Origin: an uncultured Candidatus Saccharibacteria bacterium | Lineage (GTDB): Bacteria; Patescibacteriota; Minisyncoccia; UBA6257; 1-14-0-10-40-38 | Direction of reading: 5' to 3' | DNA: 64,000 nt | Assembly: GCA_964434715.1 (NCBI GenBank) | Contig: CAYSWC010000001.1 | Coordinates: forward strand, 35,037-99,036 | Part shown: positions 26,815 through 37,077 of the stretch, one piece after another | Position numbering within the stretch: the first letter of the stretch is position 1 | Layout: the number at the start of each line of letters is the position of its first letter | Made by a program: the position numbers and the translations under genes | The notes under the pieces: model-generated | Seen by the model: the letters and a program-made list of their open reading frames with translations, nothing else | What the model was told of the DNA's origin: nothing | Database searches by the model: none

Positions 26815-27852
26815 TTAGAACCCAAGGATCTCGAGTTGCGTTGAGAGACGTGTTGGTAGATCGTCCAAGGAGATGAAGAAGGCGCCGGCTACGATCAAAA
26901 CAGCTGCCCAGAGCCGCTGTTTGAACTCCGCTTCGTGGAAAAAAAGATAACCTAGGATCACGCTCATGAGGATACTGAAACGCTTCAGAGTCCCCACGTA
27001 GGCGACGAATGCCTTGTTATAAGTGGGCTGGATGAGCATCCAGTGGAGCGACCAGAATATCACGAAACCGGCAAGTAAGAGCCACAAGGGGCGACTCGTA
27101 AGCACTGCCTTAACCCACCCTTTCCGCTCATCTCCCCTGGCATCCGGCCGAAGCAGGTACCAGATGAGGTAGGTAATGGTAAGGAGTCCCATCATAGAGG
27201 TTACGGCCAGAAAAATTCCCTGAAAGTCCACGCCGCGCCGCGTGTAGAGGCCGTCAAAGAGCAGACCCACGGTGCCCATGGTTGCCGAGCCCAAGGCGAG
27301 TGAGACCACGATCGTTTTTTGACGTTCCTCCGGAGAAAGATGCTTGAGTATAAAGAGGTAACGCAGTCGCCGGATCGGTCCGAAATAGTCGTACCAGTGC
27401 TCCGGCGTCTTTTCCCAGAGGAGCACATAGGAGCCACAGATCATGAGCAACACCCCGAAGATACCGACTCGGCTGGGGTATTCCCTAAGTAAGAGAGCCA
27501 GTCCAGTAATGAGTCCGGGCGTCATGGCCTGGAGCGGCGCGGTCAAGGATACCTCTCCTTTAGGCAACGAGGCGGCTTTGGCATTTAGGAACTGGATCAC
27601 GAAGTTCGCCGCCGTGCCGCAGAAAACCGCAGTCCAGAAACCGGAGAGAAGTTTCGGCGGCAAGGTGAATCCCCAACTGGAGACATAGACAGCTCCGCAA
27701 AAAGCCGTCGCAAGCGAATAGCCGAGTATGAGAAACTGGAGCGCCGAGAGTTTCTTCTTCTTAAAGAGTCCGCGCCGACACACATTCATAAGAGCGATGC
27801 AGAGCGAGCCAAGCGCCACCGGCAAGAGAACCGAGAGCCAGAACTGAAACAT
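26815..27852 (-). CDS. polytopic membrane protein, EamA-like (GC-rich island)
   Basis: 345 aa with about 10 TM segments at about 57% GC. Confidence 0.5.
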   Translation of the reverse strand: MFQFWLSVLLPVALGSLCIALMNVCRRGLFKKKKLSALQFLILGYSLATAFCGAVYVSSWGFTLPPKLLSGFWTAVFCGTAANFVIQFLNAKAASLPKGEVSLTAPLQAMTPGLITGLALLLREYPSRVGIFGVLLMICGSYVLLWEKTPEHWYDYFGPIRRLRYLFILKHLSPEERQKTIVVSLALGSATMGTVGLLFDGLYTRRGVDFQGIFLAVTSMMGLLTITYLIWYLLRPDARGDERKGWVKAVLTSRPLWLLLAGFVIFWSLHWMLIQPTYNKAFVAYVGTLKRFSILMSVILGYLFFHEAEFKQRLWAAVLIVAGAFFISLDDLPTRLSTQLEILGF

Positions 27853-28013
27853 GAGTATCTCCTTCGGTTAGTAGCCTTATGTTGTTTTGAAGAACAAAAA
27901 CTTCTAGGGTTACTAGAAGACTGGTAAGAGGCTAGCAGATAGCTAAAAATATGTCAATGAAAAAGCCCCGACCTTAGTCGGGGCATACGGACAGATTGCG
28001 AAAGGAGCGGAGG

Positions 28014-29018
28014 CTAGAACGACTCGGCGAGAAGGCGTCTGGCGACAGCCATGGGAATGCCGCCGTCAGGACCCTGATGAGCGCCCACGGCCTGAAGTCG
28101 CGCCAGTGCGTTGGTTATTCCCAAGGCTCGCTCCGCGAGCGCCACGAGGATGTGCACCGAAAGCGCCGCGTTGTCAGCCGAGGAGCTGGGCAGATCAATC
28201 GGAACCTCGCCAGCCGCCTGCCGGTAGTTACCGACTTTGAGAAAATCCCAGGCGCTGTAAACCCGAGCCCATTGGGGGTAGCGGCTTCCAGTACCAGCTT
28301 GGAAATCGGCGGCCTGTGCTTCAAGCCACGCCCAGCTCACTTCAGGGATGCCTGCGATCCGAGCCATCATGAGCGGCCAAGAGATGTGAATTGCCGCATT
28401 GTCCACCATCCAGTTGGGGTATGGAGAGACGACGTGTGCCACGTGCTCCCGGGCCGCAACGAGCGCCCGGATGGAGCGGACGATCGCAACGTCTTCGCCG
28501 GCCACGAAAGCAGCCGTGACTCTCTCGACTTGAGCAGCGAAGATGCCCACGAGCTGCTTGGCGCGGTCACCCGAGAGGCCATACCAGCCCGAGGACTGTA
28601 GTTGAGCTTCAGCCGCTTCCTCGTACCAGCGAAGGCCACGCTTCACGAGCGCCACGTTGTAGAGAACGTTGCCCAGGAGGCCGAACTTCTCTGACGTATT
28701 GGGAAGAGCGGCGTTTGCTTCGCGCGCGATCTGGTCAAGCCTGTCAGCGAGCCCGACCATGTCAGCGCCTCTGGCGCGCCGCATACCGTTCACCTCTTCG
28801 GCTCGGCAGGCAAAGCGCATCCAGGGCGAGGTCGCTCCTTCCGAAGCCAGCTCAAACACCTGCGCGTACTTCATGGGGTCGCGTTCCTCGGTCTTGCCGG
28901 TAAGGAGCGTTTTCCCCAATATCCCGACCTCCTCGGCCGAGAAATCGACGCCGTCCGGAAGCCCGAGGATCAAACCCGCGAGCTCTTCGGATGAGGCTCT
29001 AGGATTGAAACTGCCCAT
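28014..29018 (-). CDS. hypothetical protein (GC-rich island, about 62% GC)
   Basis: 334 aa soluble, Trp-rich helical protein. No family recognised. Chosen over overlapping plus-strand ORFs by length and operon orientation. Confidence 0.4.
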   Translation of the reverse strand: MGSFNPRASSEELAGLILGLPDGVDFSAEEVGILGKTLLTGKTEERDPMKYAQVFELASEGATSPWMRFACRAEEVNGMRRARGADMVGLADRLDQIAREANAALPNTSEKFGLLGNVLYNVALVKRGLRWYEEAAEAQLQSSGWYGLSGDRAKQLVGIFAAQVERVTAAFVAGEDVAIVRSIRALVAAREHVAHVVSPYPNWMVDNAAIHISWPLMMARIAGIPEVSWAWLEAQAADFQAGTGSRYPQWARVYSAWDFLKVGNYRQAAGEVPIDLPSSSADNAALSVHILVALAERALGITNALARLQAVGAHQGPDGGIPMAVARRLLAESF

Positions 29019-29122
29019 TCCCTGACTCCTTTCCTAAATCAAAGAGCTGATGCCCAAAGCATCCCAATGATACTTCAAAAGAGCAAAATCAGTATATTCC
29101 AAAGAGCGGAAACGCGCAAGGG

Positions 29123-29563
29123 TCAAGATCTTTTAGGAATTTTGATAATGGCAAGCCGGGCAACGCCGGCGCACTTATGCTGGTGCGGTTCGCCGGCCGG
29201 AATCCAGAGCCAATCGCCGGGCTTTAAAATGACTTCAATGCCGCCTCTGATTTCCTTGGCTTTAAGTTCACGCACATCTTCCGTGCCGTCAGGATTTTTC
29301 TTGGCCCTTGGTTCGACAAGCTCGCCGCCGTAAATAAAAGTTACTTCGCCCTCCAAACACAGCCAGAGATCGCCTTCGTGTTTATGAACTTCAGCATCGT
29401 TTACAACTTCCTTATCCTCTAAGATATTTAAGGGCAAATTATGGAGCGATGCTAAAGATTTTAACGGCTCAAGGAGTTTTTTCCCGATCGCCTGCACGCT
29501 CCTCAAAGTCTTATCAACTTCCCCTTTACGGATAACAAAACAACTGCCAGCAAGGTCGGCCAT
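29123..29563 (-). CDS. cupin-fold protein (sugar isomerase/epimerase-like)
   Basis: 146 aa with cupin motifs (HKHEGDLWLCLEGE and PGDWLWIPAGEPHQ). Confidence 0.6.
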   Translation of the reverse strand: MADLAGSCFVIRKGEVDKTLRSVQAIGKKLLEPLKSLASLHNLPLNILEDKEVVNDAEVHKHEGDLWLCLEGEVTFIYGGELVEPRAKKNPDGTEDVRELKAKEIRGGIEVILKPGDWLWIPAGEPHQHKCAGVARLAIIKIPKRS

Positions 29564-29568
29564 AAAAG

Positions 29569-30507
29569 TTAATTACCGCTAGAAGAACACAAAGCGCCGA
29601 AATTAGTGCCGCCGGACTGATCGTACCAATAGCGGTAATTAAGACTGCCGTCATCGTTAACATTAATAGGATCCAAGGCGCCATAGATATTATTGTGCTT
29701 CCAGAGTAAAATTCCTTGATAGCAGGGAATGACGATATTTAACGCCGTACTCACTATACTGGCGTCTTGGTCATAAAGCCTGACAAAATCGGTGTGCTGG
29801 GTAAAGGCATAATTGCCGGCATTGGTAAACTCACAGATATTGGTAATACCCGTATAACCGCCGATGCGGATGTCTTCGCAGGGAGAATACCCGGCGGCAC
29901 TGACATTGGCGATTGAAGCCGGTTCGGTGCCAGCCGGATAAATATAACCCCGGTTTTTCTGACCATAGCCGGCAGCATATAAAAACTCGGCTCCGGCGAT
30001 TTTTAAATACTGACTATCCCTTACCACGCCGGTTCCGGTTTTGATCAGCTCGCGCGGATTAGGCGGAGGCGGAGGCGGAGGCAAAGCAGGCGGAGGTTCA
30101 TCGGCTGGAGGGGGCGGGGATGACATTCCTAGCTCTATTGGTTCAACAATTTCTCTGGACGCCTCGATCGCGGCGGCGGTCCGGAGTTCCCGAAGCTTGG
30201 CCCGCGTGATCGGTCCCACCACGCCAACCGGATCAATGCCGTATTTGGTTTGGAAGTTTCGGACGGCCTTTTCGGTTAAACGCCCGAAAAATCCGGTCGC
30301 CAATCCTTCGGGGTAAATTTCCGGATCTTGGGCCAGATATTTTTGAAGCGTTCGCACGTCATCGCCGCGCCGGCCTAAGGCAAGACTCCGGTTTAAATCC
30401 GGCGGCGGCTCCAAAATTGATTGGGCAACTGCCCAGCTATCAATAACCAGCAAGAGGCCGAAAATTAAAAGCAAACTGACTGCTAAGATTGACGCTAAAG
30501 ATCTCAT
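29569..30507 (-). CDS. secreted protein with peptidoglycan-binding domain, poly-proline linker and C-terminal domain of unknown function
   Basis: 312 aa with a signal peptide, a PG_binding_1 signature (LQKYLAQDPEIYPEGLATGFFGRLTEKAVRNFQTKYGIDPVGVVGP) and a PPPPADEPPPALPPPPPPP linker. Confidence 0.6.
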   Translation of the reverse strand: MRSLASILAVSLLLIFGLLLVIDSWAVAQSILEPPPDLNRSLALGRRGDDVRTLQKYLAQDPEIYPEGLATGFFGRLTEKAVRNFQTKYGIDPVGVVGPITRAKLRELRTAAAIEASREIVEPIELGMSSPPPPADEPPPALPPPPPPPNPRELIKTGTGVVRDSQYLKIAGAEFLYAAGYGQKNRGYIYPAGTEPASIANVSAAGYSPCEDIRIGGYTGITNICEFTNAGNYAFTQHTDFVRLYDQDASIVSTALNIVIPCYQGILLWKHNNIYGALDPINVNDDGSLNYRYWYDQSGGTNFGALCSSSGN

Positions 30508-30543
30508 AAATACATTATAGCATATTTCATCTGGGTGTATAGC

Positions 30544-31827
30544 CTAGCTGATGTCCAATCGGATTTCCCGGTCTTTGGTCACGAGATGCGGATAAGGCAT
30601 CGGGAAGAACAGCTTTCCGCCACCTTTGAGATAAAGACGTTCCCGCTTAATAAGCTCGTCTTTAAAAAACCAGATCAGGGCAACCATTAAACTGGGGTTT
30701 AATGCTCTTGCTCTTTCTTCAGAGATCAGTTCAATGTCCGTCCCCAGTGTCCGCAAACCAACTTTTTCCGGATTGCGATCGCTAAGGTAAGGAATAAGAC
30801 TTTTATCTATACCAAAAAATTGCAAGAGCACATTCCCTTTGGTTGATGCTCCTAAACCTATTACGGAGGCGCCCTTTTTTCTCTCGGAACGAATCAGATC
30901 AAGGGTAATTTTTTTAAGCCGATTGATCTTTCGATTAAATTCTTTATAGGTTGATGGATTAAAGGGCGCGAGCTTGTTTTCTCCGGCTTGAATTTTCTTA
31001 ACTGTTGGCGAGATTGATCTTTTTTCCTCCGCCCGAGAAACGAATAGCCGCAAACTGCCGCCGTTCACGTCATTTTCGGAAGCATCAAATATGCGCAATT
31101 CATGCCGTTCCATCAGAGCAGCGAGCGTCCCCAAAGAATAATAAGCAACGTGTTCGTGACAAAAATCATAGAAATTCAGTGTTCTAAGCGTAGCTGGAAG
31201 GTAACTTAACTGAATGCACCAGATGCCGCTGGGCGCGAGAACCGATTTAACCTCGGAGACAAATTGATTGGGATCATCAAGATCATAAAGCATGGCTATC
31301 GAAGCAACGATTTTGAAAAGCTTGCCGCCGCTCGCCTCTAAAGCGCGTTTTTTGGAAAAATAATCTTCTAGGACGATAATTGATTTATCTAGTCTACGGC
31401 GGTCAATATTCCTGGCCGGATCAATGCCGATTCTCTGCGTGTATTTAGGGAAATAAGCAAGCAGGGTGCCGTCATTGGCGCCGATATCAAGCACCGCATC
31501 GTCAGCTTTTAATGATGTTCGTTTTAAAATTTCGGTTGCGATTTCTTTCAAAGCTTGCCGCATCATCGGGTTGGTAAAAGAACGATAAAAATATCGCCGG
31601 TACATAAAATCACGATCGACGGTTTCTTTAAGCTGCAGCAGGCCGCAGGCGGTTTTATTTGTCCTCCGGTCGCAGAGTACCGCCGTAAGCGGTATCCTGA
31701 TTTTTGAAAGTTCATTGTCTTTGTTGCTCGCCACAAACGCCGATGCCAGATATTGCTTGCCGAAATTCAAAACTTCGGTCAACTTCTTATTGCCGCAGAC
31801 CCGACATTGTTTTATGACTTTATACAT
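30544..31827 (-). CDS. SAM-dependent sugar C-methyltransferase (TylCIII-like, with N-terminal zinc ribbon)
   Basis: 427 aa with an N-terminal CxxC...CxxC finger, a class I MTase core (LDIGANDG) and a C-methyltransferase C-terminal domain pattern. Confidence 0.7.
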   Translation of the reverse strand: MYKVIKQCRVCGNKKLTEVLNFGKQYLASAFVASNKDNELSKIRIPLTAVLCDRRTNKTACGLLQLKETVDRDFMYRRYFYRSFTNPMMRQALKEIATEILKRTSLKADDAVLDIGANDGTLLAYFPKYTQRIGIDPARNIDRRRLDKSIIVLEDYFSKKRALEASGGKLFKIVASIAMLYDLDDPNQFVSEVKSVLAPSGIWCIQLSYLPATLRTLNFYDFCHEHVAYYSLGTLAALMERHELRIFDASENDVNGGSLRLFVSRAEEKRSISPTVKKIQAGENKLAPFNPSTYKEFNRKINRLKKITLDLIRSERKKGASVIGLGASTKGNVLLQFFGIDKSLIPYLSDRNPEKVGLRTLGTDIELISEERARALNPSLMVALIWFFKDELIKRERLYLKGGGKLFFPMPYPHLVTKDREIRLDIS

Positions 31828-31836
31828 TTTTATACA

Positions 31837-32508
31837 TTAAAGTTGTTTATTAAAGAATTCTCGTAAGACCACTTTTAAGATTTCCCAGCCGGTCTTAAAC
31901 GGCTTCATTTTTCTTACGCCGCCGATTCTTTTGGGCTCGTCAGCTGGAATCTCGGCAACCTTTAGCTTCCGCTTAGCAAACTTGATCGGCATCTGAATTG
32001 ACCAGGACAAACCAGCCGCATCCATCTTAAGCCCGTCAAACGCCAATTTTCGATAACCCCGAAAACCTATTAAAACATCCGTGTAATCGGCCCGAAAAAG
32101 CAAATTCACCAGCTTGGTGAAAATCCAGTTACCTTTAGCAGTCAGAAAATCATCATCATAACTTTTGGCGCCGCCTAGGTAACGGGAAGCAACGACAAAA
32201 TCATAGCCTTGCTTGAGTTTGTTAACCACTTCCGGAATTTTGTCAGGCGGGGAATTGCCGTCTGCGGGGAATTCAATAATCAAATCCCCTTGGGCGGCCG
32301 AGGCCCCTTCTTTCATGCCAGCGCCATAGCCGCGGCTCTTCTGGCTTAATACCCGGTAGCCGTGCTCGCGGCAATACTCGATCGTGCCGTCAGTGGATCC
32401 GCCGTCAATAATCAAGATTTCATCCACCCACTCTTTTTTAATTTTCGGCAGTATAACTCTCACTGCTTCTATTTCGTTTAAAGTCGGCGCGAGAAGGGTT
32501 ACTTTCAT
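31837..32508 (-). CDS. family 2 glycosyltransferase (Dpm1/GtrB-like)
   Basis: 223 aa with the GT2 DxD context (EILIIDGGSTDGT, DLIIEFPADG). Confidence 0.75.
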   Translation of the reverse strand: MKVTLLAPTLNEIEAVRVILPKIKKEWVDEILIIDGGSTDGTIEYCREHGYRVLSQKSRGYGAGMKEGASAAQGDLIIEFPADGNSPPDKIPEVVNKLKQGYDFVVASRYLGGAKSYDDDFLTAKGNWIFTKLVNLLFRADYTDVLIGFRGYRKLAFDGLKMDAAGLSWSIQMPIKFAKRKLKVAEIPADEPKRIGGVRKMKPFKTGWEILKVVLREFFNKQL

Positions 32509-33479
32509 ATTCGGGCAAGATACCAGTCGATGGCGTTTTTAAGCCCTACTTTTAAAGGGACGGCTGCCCGAAAACCGATTTTCGCTTCGGCTTTTCTCGT
32601 GTCACAGGTGCGGCGGGGTTGACCATCGGGTTTAGAAGTATCAAAAATTATTTCCGCTTTGGAGCCGGTAAGTTCAATGATGAGCCGCGCTAAATTACCG
32701 ATTGATATTTCTTCGCTGCCGCCTAAGTTTAAAGGATCGGCAACCGCGTATTTTTCGCAGACCTCCAAAAGGCCTCGCGCGAAATCCGTAACATAGAGAA
32801 AGGAACGGGTTTGGTTGCCGCTGCCCCAGACCACGAGCGGATTCTCTCCGGCTATGATTCTTTTCACGAGTCCGGGAATAACGTGGCTCATGGCGGCGAA
32901 AAAATCATCTCTGGGGCCATAGGCGTTGAAAGGCCGGGCAATGGCGATCTTCATGCCAAATTCCTCTGTATAGGCTTTGCCCAAATATTCTTCCATGCGC
33001 TTGGACCAGCCATAGCCGGCGTTCGAGGGTTCAGGAGCGTCTTTAAAACCTTCCTCTTCCGGCGTCGGGTGAGAAGTATCCTTGGGATAAATGCAGGCAG
33101 AGCTAACAACCAAAAATCTCTCTACCCCGGCAGTCCGAGCCGAGTCTATCACATTTAAAAACGGAGTTAGATTATCCCTAAAAAGACTGGCTTGATGTTT
33201 GATGCTGTTTAAAATGCCGCCGCCCTTAGCGGCCGCGAGATTTAAAACAATCTCCTGCCCTTTCATGACTTTATCGGTAGCGGCGCGATCTGTTAAATCA
33301 GCCTGAACAATGGAGATCTTATCCCGAACGCCTTCTAAGAAATCGAGTTTGGTGTTGGTACGCACCGGAATCGTGACTTTAGCGCCGCGGGCAACCAAAA
33401 ATTCCACCAGGTGGCTGCCGATAAACCCAGCCCCGCCGGTTACTAAAACTTTCTTGCCTCGATAAAAATCATCCGTCAT
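32505..33479 (-). CDS. fcl: GDP-L-fucose synthase-like NAD(P)-dependent epimerase/reductase
   Basis: 324 aa extended SDR (VTGGAGFIGSHL, YxxxK in GYGWSKRMEE). Lies directly downstream of gmd. Confidence 0.7.
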   Translation of the reverse strand: MTDDFYRGKKVLVTGGAGFIGSHLVEFLVARGAKVTIPVRTNTKLDFLEGVRDKISIVQADLTDRAATDKVMKGQEIVLNLAAAKGGGILNSIKHQASLFRDNLTPFLNVIDSARTAGVERFLVVSSACIYPKDTSHPTPEEEGFKDAPEPSNAGYGWSKRMEEYLGKAYTEEFGMKIAIARPFNAYGPRDDFFAAMSHVIPGLVKRIIAGENPLVVWGSGNQTRSFLYVTDFARGLLEVCEKYAVADPLNLGGSEEISIGNLARLIIELTGSKAEIIFDTSKPDGQPRRTCDTRKAEAKIGFRAAVPLKVGLKNAIDWYLARI

Positions 33480-33482
33480 AAG

Positions 33483-34472
33483 TTAAAAAAGGGTAAGGCC
33501 GTGTTCTTTAAGATCATGCTCCAGCATAATCCTAACCAATTGCTTAAATTTCACTTTCGGCTCCCAACCAAGTTTTAACTTCGCCTTTTCATAACTGCCG
33601 AGGAGTGTTGGCGCCTCGGAAGGACGATAATAGCGCGGGTCGGTCTCAACGTGTTTTTCCCAATCCAAGCCGGCGAGCTTAAACGTCTCTTCCACAAACT
33701 CTCTGACCGTATGCGACTCGCCGGTGGCCACCACATAATCATCGGGTTTATCCTGCTGCATCATCCGCCACATGGCATCAACGTACTCGGGAGCATATCC
33801 CCAGTCCCGCACTGCCTTGAGGTTTCCCAGTACCAGTTTCTTTTCGAGGCCGGCTTTGATACGGGCGACCGTATGGGTAATTTTTCTTGAAACAAAATTT
33901 TCCCCTCTCCGAGGCGATTCGTGATTAAATAAAATTCCATTGACCGCGAACAAACCATAGGCTTCACGGTAGTTTTTGGTAATCCAAAAGGCGTAAACTT
34001 TGGCGCAGGCGTAAGGACTTCTGGGATAAAAAGGCGTATTTTCGTTCTGGGGAACTTGTTTGGCAAGACCGAACATTTCGGACGAAGACGCCTGATAAAA
34101 CTTGGCTGGAATATTAGTGTCGCGGATGGCGTCCAAAAGCCGCAAGGTTCCCAGGGCCGTAACATCCCCGGTATATTCCGGGATGTCAAAACTAATTCTC
34201 ACGTGGCTCTGCGCGCCCAAGTGATAAATTTCATCGGGTCTTATGGTTTTAAGAAGTCTATTTAAGGCGCTGCCGTCAGTTAAGTCACCGTAGTGGAGAT
34301 GGAATCGGCTTTGAGGATCATCAAGCGCATGCGCAATGTGGCCGATTCTTTTGGTATTGAACGAACTGGAACGCCGCATCATGCCATGCACCTCATAGCC
34401 CTTGGCGAGTAAAAATTCAGCCAAATAAGATCCGTCTTGTCCGGTAACGCCGGTAATAAATGCTTTTTTCAT
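33483..34472 (-). CDS. gmd: GDP-mannose 4,6-dehydratase
   Basis: 329 aa with a canonical Gmd N-terminus ([21 protein letters not shown]...[17 protein letters not shown]) and the YACAK catalytic motif. Confidence 0.9.
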   Translation of the reverse strand: MKKAFITGVTGQDGSYLAEFLLAKGYEVHGMMRRSSSFNTKRIGHIAHALDDPQSRFHLHYGDLTDGSALNRLLKTIRPDEIYHLGAQSHVRISFDIPEYTGDVTALGTLRLLDAIRDTNIPAKFYQASSSEMFGLAKQVPQNENTPFYPRSPYACAKVYAFWITKNYREAYGLFAVNGILFNHESPRRGENFVSRKITHTVARIKAGLEKKLVLGNLKAVRDWGYAPEYVDAMWRMMQQDKPDDYVVATGESHTVREFVEETFKLAGLDWEKHVETDPRYYRPSEAPTLLGSYEKAKLKLGWEPKVKFKQLVRIMLEHDLKEHGLTLF

Positions 34473-34514
34473 ATCCTGCTTACTTATAATTTTTAACTCA
34501 TCGCTGTTTCTTTG

Positions 34515-36395
34515 TCAACGGCGGATTTTATAAATCTCGACGGAGGAATTCTGATACACCAGCATCAGATTTTTGAGTTTTGAAAGATCTAGCTCAATAA
34601 GGTGTTTTTCTAACGGGCCGTAATAAACATAATCGCCGTCAAAATCCGCCCACTCCGTCTTCAGTTCACGATACCGAGACAATAATTCTTCCGCCTTTGC
34701 CAATCGCTTTGCTTTCGGAGCTTGCTGCTCGGCTTTGGCGATAAAGTTCTTGAAACTGCCGTAACGGCTGGCAAAATAATTGCCGTAAAGATTCCACATG
34801 CTGTCATTGAGATTACTGCCTTTATCCGGGAAGCATTGGTAATCGCTGCAGTCAAGAGGCAGTTCTCCCTTGAGCCGGGCGCGGAGCGTCTGCTCCGGCA
34901 CGCCGAAGAGTTTATGACTGATAAGATAACGTTCCTCTATTTCGGCCATCGGAAGAAGGGTGGTAAAGGCAGTGGGCATAAATGGCCGCACCGATGTGTA
35001 GGAGGCAAGATAAAATGAGTTTAGGGTTGAGGGGGAAATAACCCGCGGTTCGCCGCTTAAATTGTCGTTAATCCAGCGCCAAGACTCTGCCACTCCATTG
35101 GGAAAAGTGTAATAATCCACCAAATGCGGCTGAATGTTTTTTTTGATGGCAAAAATATTAACGGCTTTTTTTGCCACCACAAAAACAGAGAGAAGGATCA
35201 GCACCGCAACTCCAAACCGCTTCACTAATGGATAATTGCCGGCGCGCACCCGACCAAATAAATAGTAAAGAAAATCAAACCCAATAATGAAAATGATCGG
35301 CGATATTGATCTCCTGAAAAAATGGGGCACGGGAACATAACCGATTACAAGCTGGATATTCCAGACAGCAAACATCGCCAAAATTAATCCAAAAAACAAA
35401 ACTGCCTTTTCACGATTGCGCTTAAAGTAAAACAGGTAAGTCAAAATTATGAGCGCGAGATAAACTATCAAGTCAGGGGCGTTCTCACGGCCTACTCCGA
35501 GAGTGTGTCCAAAGGTAACGCCGGCTCGCCAAACAAAATCCTGGGCAGTATCGAGATTGTTAAAAAGAAAATAGGTAACGAAATAAGGGATAGTGATTAT
35601 CGCCAAACAGCCCCAGAAAATGAGAAAGTTTTTAATCAAAGCCTTATTGGTTCGATAAAAAATCAGAACAAGCAGAAAAACTATGCCCAAAACTATTATC
35701 CAGTAAACCCAGTGATGGAAATAAGTGTAGAACAATAAGCCGGCGGGAATAGCGGCAAATACGCCCAAGCGCGGAGACGGTTTTCGCCAAAAAATAAAAA
35801 AGGCGGCAATGGCAAACAAATAAATGGGATAAGTTAAGAGCGGCTCATCAATCCTCGCTAGATACAGTTGATCAAACTGGGTTCTTATAAAAGGAATGAA
35901 ATTGTTCAAAAAAAACGCCTGAAACTCCGCGAAGCCCTGCCATTTATAAAAGGGCAGTTTTAGAGGAATCGGCGTCAGCGTTCCGACTAAGCCGAAAAAC
36001 ATGGCCCATAACTTGGAACGCCACAAAAGCCATCCCAAGAAAGCAAAGAGCGAGAAAATGACTGCCGAAAAAAAGAACTGGGCGCCTAAGTAGGCAGCGT
36101 TAAGATTGCCTTTAAATAAATAAAGGAAGCCGGCAAAAAAAAGAGGCGGCAAGGGATTCTGAATAGTTGGCGACGATCGGTCTTCCCCGTAAAGTTCGGC
36201 CGGCGGGAAATGGCCATCGTAAATTTCCCGCGCCCGCGGCAAATAGGCTTGCAAAGAATCGCGGTAAGTTTTGTATTGAGCGAGCGCAAACTCGTTGCCG
36301 GCATCCTTGAAATTTTTCCAAATCATGAGCGGCGGACCAATATGAAGTAAACCCACTAAAACCGCCGCTAATAAAAATAAAAAAATATAGCGCAT
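34515..36395 (-). CDS. large polytopic membrane protein, possible GT-C-like glycosyltransferase
   Basis: 626 aa with at least 12 TM segments and a soluble C-terminal domain. Assignment by architecture only. Confidence 0.45.
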   Translation of the reverse strand: MRYIFLFLLAAVLVGLLHIGPPLMIWKNFKDAGNEFALAQYKTYRDSLQAYLPRAREIYDGHFPPAELYGEDRSSPTIQNPLPPLFFAGFLYLFKGNLNAAYLGAQFFFSAVIFSLFAFLGWLLWRSKLWAMFFGLVGTLTPIPLKLPFYKWQGFAEFQAFFLNNFIPFIRTQFDQLYLARIDEPLLTYPIYLFAIAAFFIFWRKPSPRLGVFAAIPAGLLFYTYFHHWVYWIIVLGIVFLLVLIFYRTNKALIKNFLIFWGCLAIITIPYFVTYFLFNNLDTAQDFVWRAGVTFGHTLGVGRENAPDLIVYLALIILTYLFYFKRNREKAVLFFGLILAMFAVWNIQLVIGYVPVPHFFRRSISPIIFIIGFDFLYYLFGRVRAGNYPLVKRFGVAVLILLSVFVVAKKAVNIFAIKKNIQPHLVDYYTFPNGVAESWRWINDNLSGEPRVISPSTLNSFYLASYTSVRPFMPTAFTTLLPMAEIEERYLISHKLFGVPEQTLRARLKGELPLDCSDYQCFPDKGSNLNDSMWNLYGNYFASRYGSFKNFIAKAEQQAPKAKRLAKAEELLSRYRELKTEWADFDGDYVYYGPLEKHLIELDLSKLKNLMLVYQNSSVEIYKIRR

Positions 36396-36464
36396 CGGCT
36401 TTTATCCTATCATAAATTACCTTAACTATCTTCCTCGAGTCTCTAATTATTGCAAGTTTTAAAA

Positions 36465-36500
36465 AGCCAACAAAAAAGGGGAGGGACGAATCCCTCCCGT
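36465..36500 (-). terminator. rho-independent terminator (GGGAGGG-ACGAAT-CCCTCCC followed by CTTTTTTGTTGGCTTTTT on the minus strand)
   Basis: Read from the sequence directly after the 36514 gene stop. Confidence 0.55.
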
Positions 36501-36513
36501 GCGTTCTTCCGAA

Positions 36514-37077
36514 TCACTCCGCTTTTCCGAGCGGGGCGTCGGGCGTGAACACGAGCACCTTCCCTGTCTGGAGAACCTGCTCACATTGGTAGAGATATTC
36601 CCGGTGGTTGGGAATCATCGGGGGAAGCTTGTCGAGCGGGAAGAAACGGAATAGCGGCGTTTCCGTGATTGCGCCTTCCGATTCCACGAGGAAGACGGTG
36701 GCGTTGGGGTGGCACCACGGATGCTCTGGCCAATTGAGCGACGAGATGATGCGCACCGACTTCACCGTCACGCCGAGAGAATCGCTGTGCTCCCTGAACT
36801 CCTTCTCGGTAAGAAGCTCACAGATGCTCACGGGGTCGGAAGGAAAGCCAGGCCGGAGCATGCCACCCATTACATGAAAACCGTCCCAGTGCTCATCTTT
36901 GCGGTAAGCAAGCAGATACTCAAAACAGTCATTTCTCTTCCGGTAGAACACGAGCTCGTAGAACGGCGTCGTAGTAAGACCGAAAAACTCCTCCAGGCAT
37001 TCCCGCGGAATCCATCCCCCTTCGGTTTTGAGCTTCGCGAGCAATTCCTTGAGTTGCAGAGCTTCTTCTTTTGTCAA
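36514..37077 (-). CDS. hypothetical protein (GC-rich insert). Possibly a degenerate Nudix-like hydrolase.
   Basis: 187 aa at about 55% GC with a TTG start after a strong AGGAGGTG SD. The segment GGMLRPGFPSDPVSICELLTEKEFRE weakly resembles a Nudix box. Confidence 0.4.
   Translation of the reverse strand: MTKEEALQLKELLAKLKTEGGWIPRECLEEFFGLTTTPFYELVFYRKRNDCFEYLLAYRKDEHWDGFHVMGGMLRPGFPSDPVSICELLTEKEFREHSDSLGVTVKSVRIISSLNWPEHPWCHPNATVFLVESEGAITETPLFRFFPLDKLPPMIPNHREYLYQCEQVLQTGKVLVFTPDAPLGKAE

Noticed and set aside
27996-29025. Overlapping plus-strand ORFs (201 aa, 118 aa) in the GC-rich island
   Set aside because: Same GC artefact. The minus-strand 334-aa frame is longest and co-directional with the operon. 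Strand choice stays moderately uncertain.
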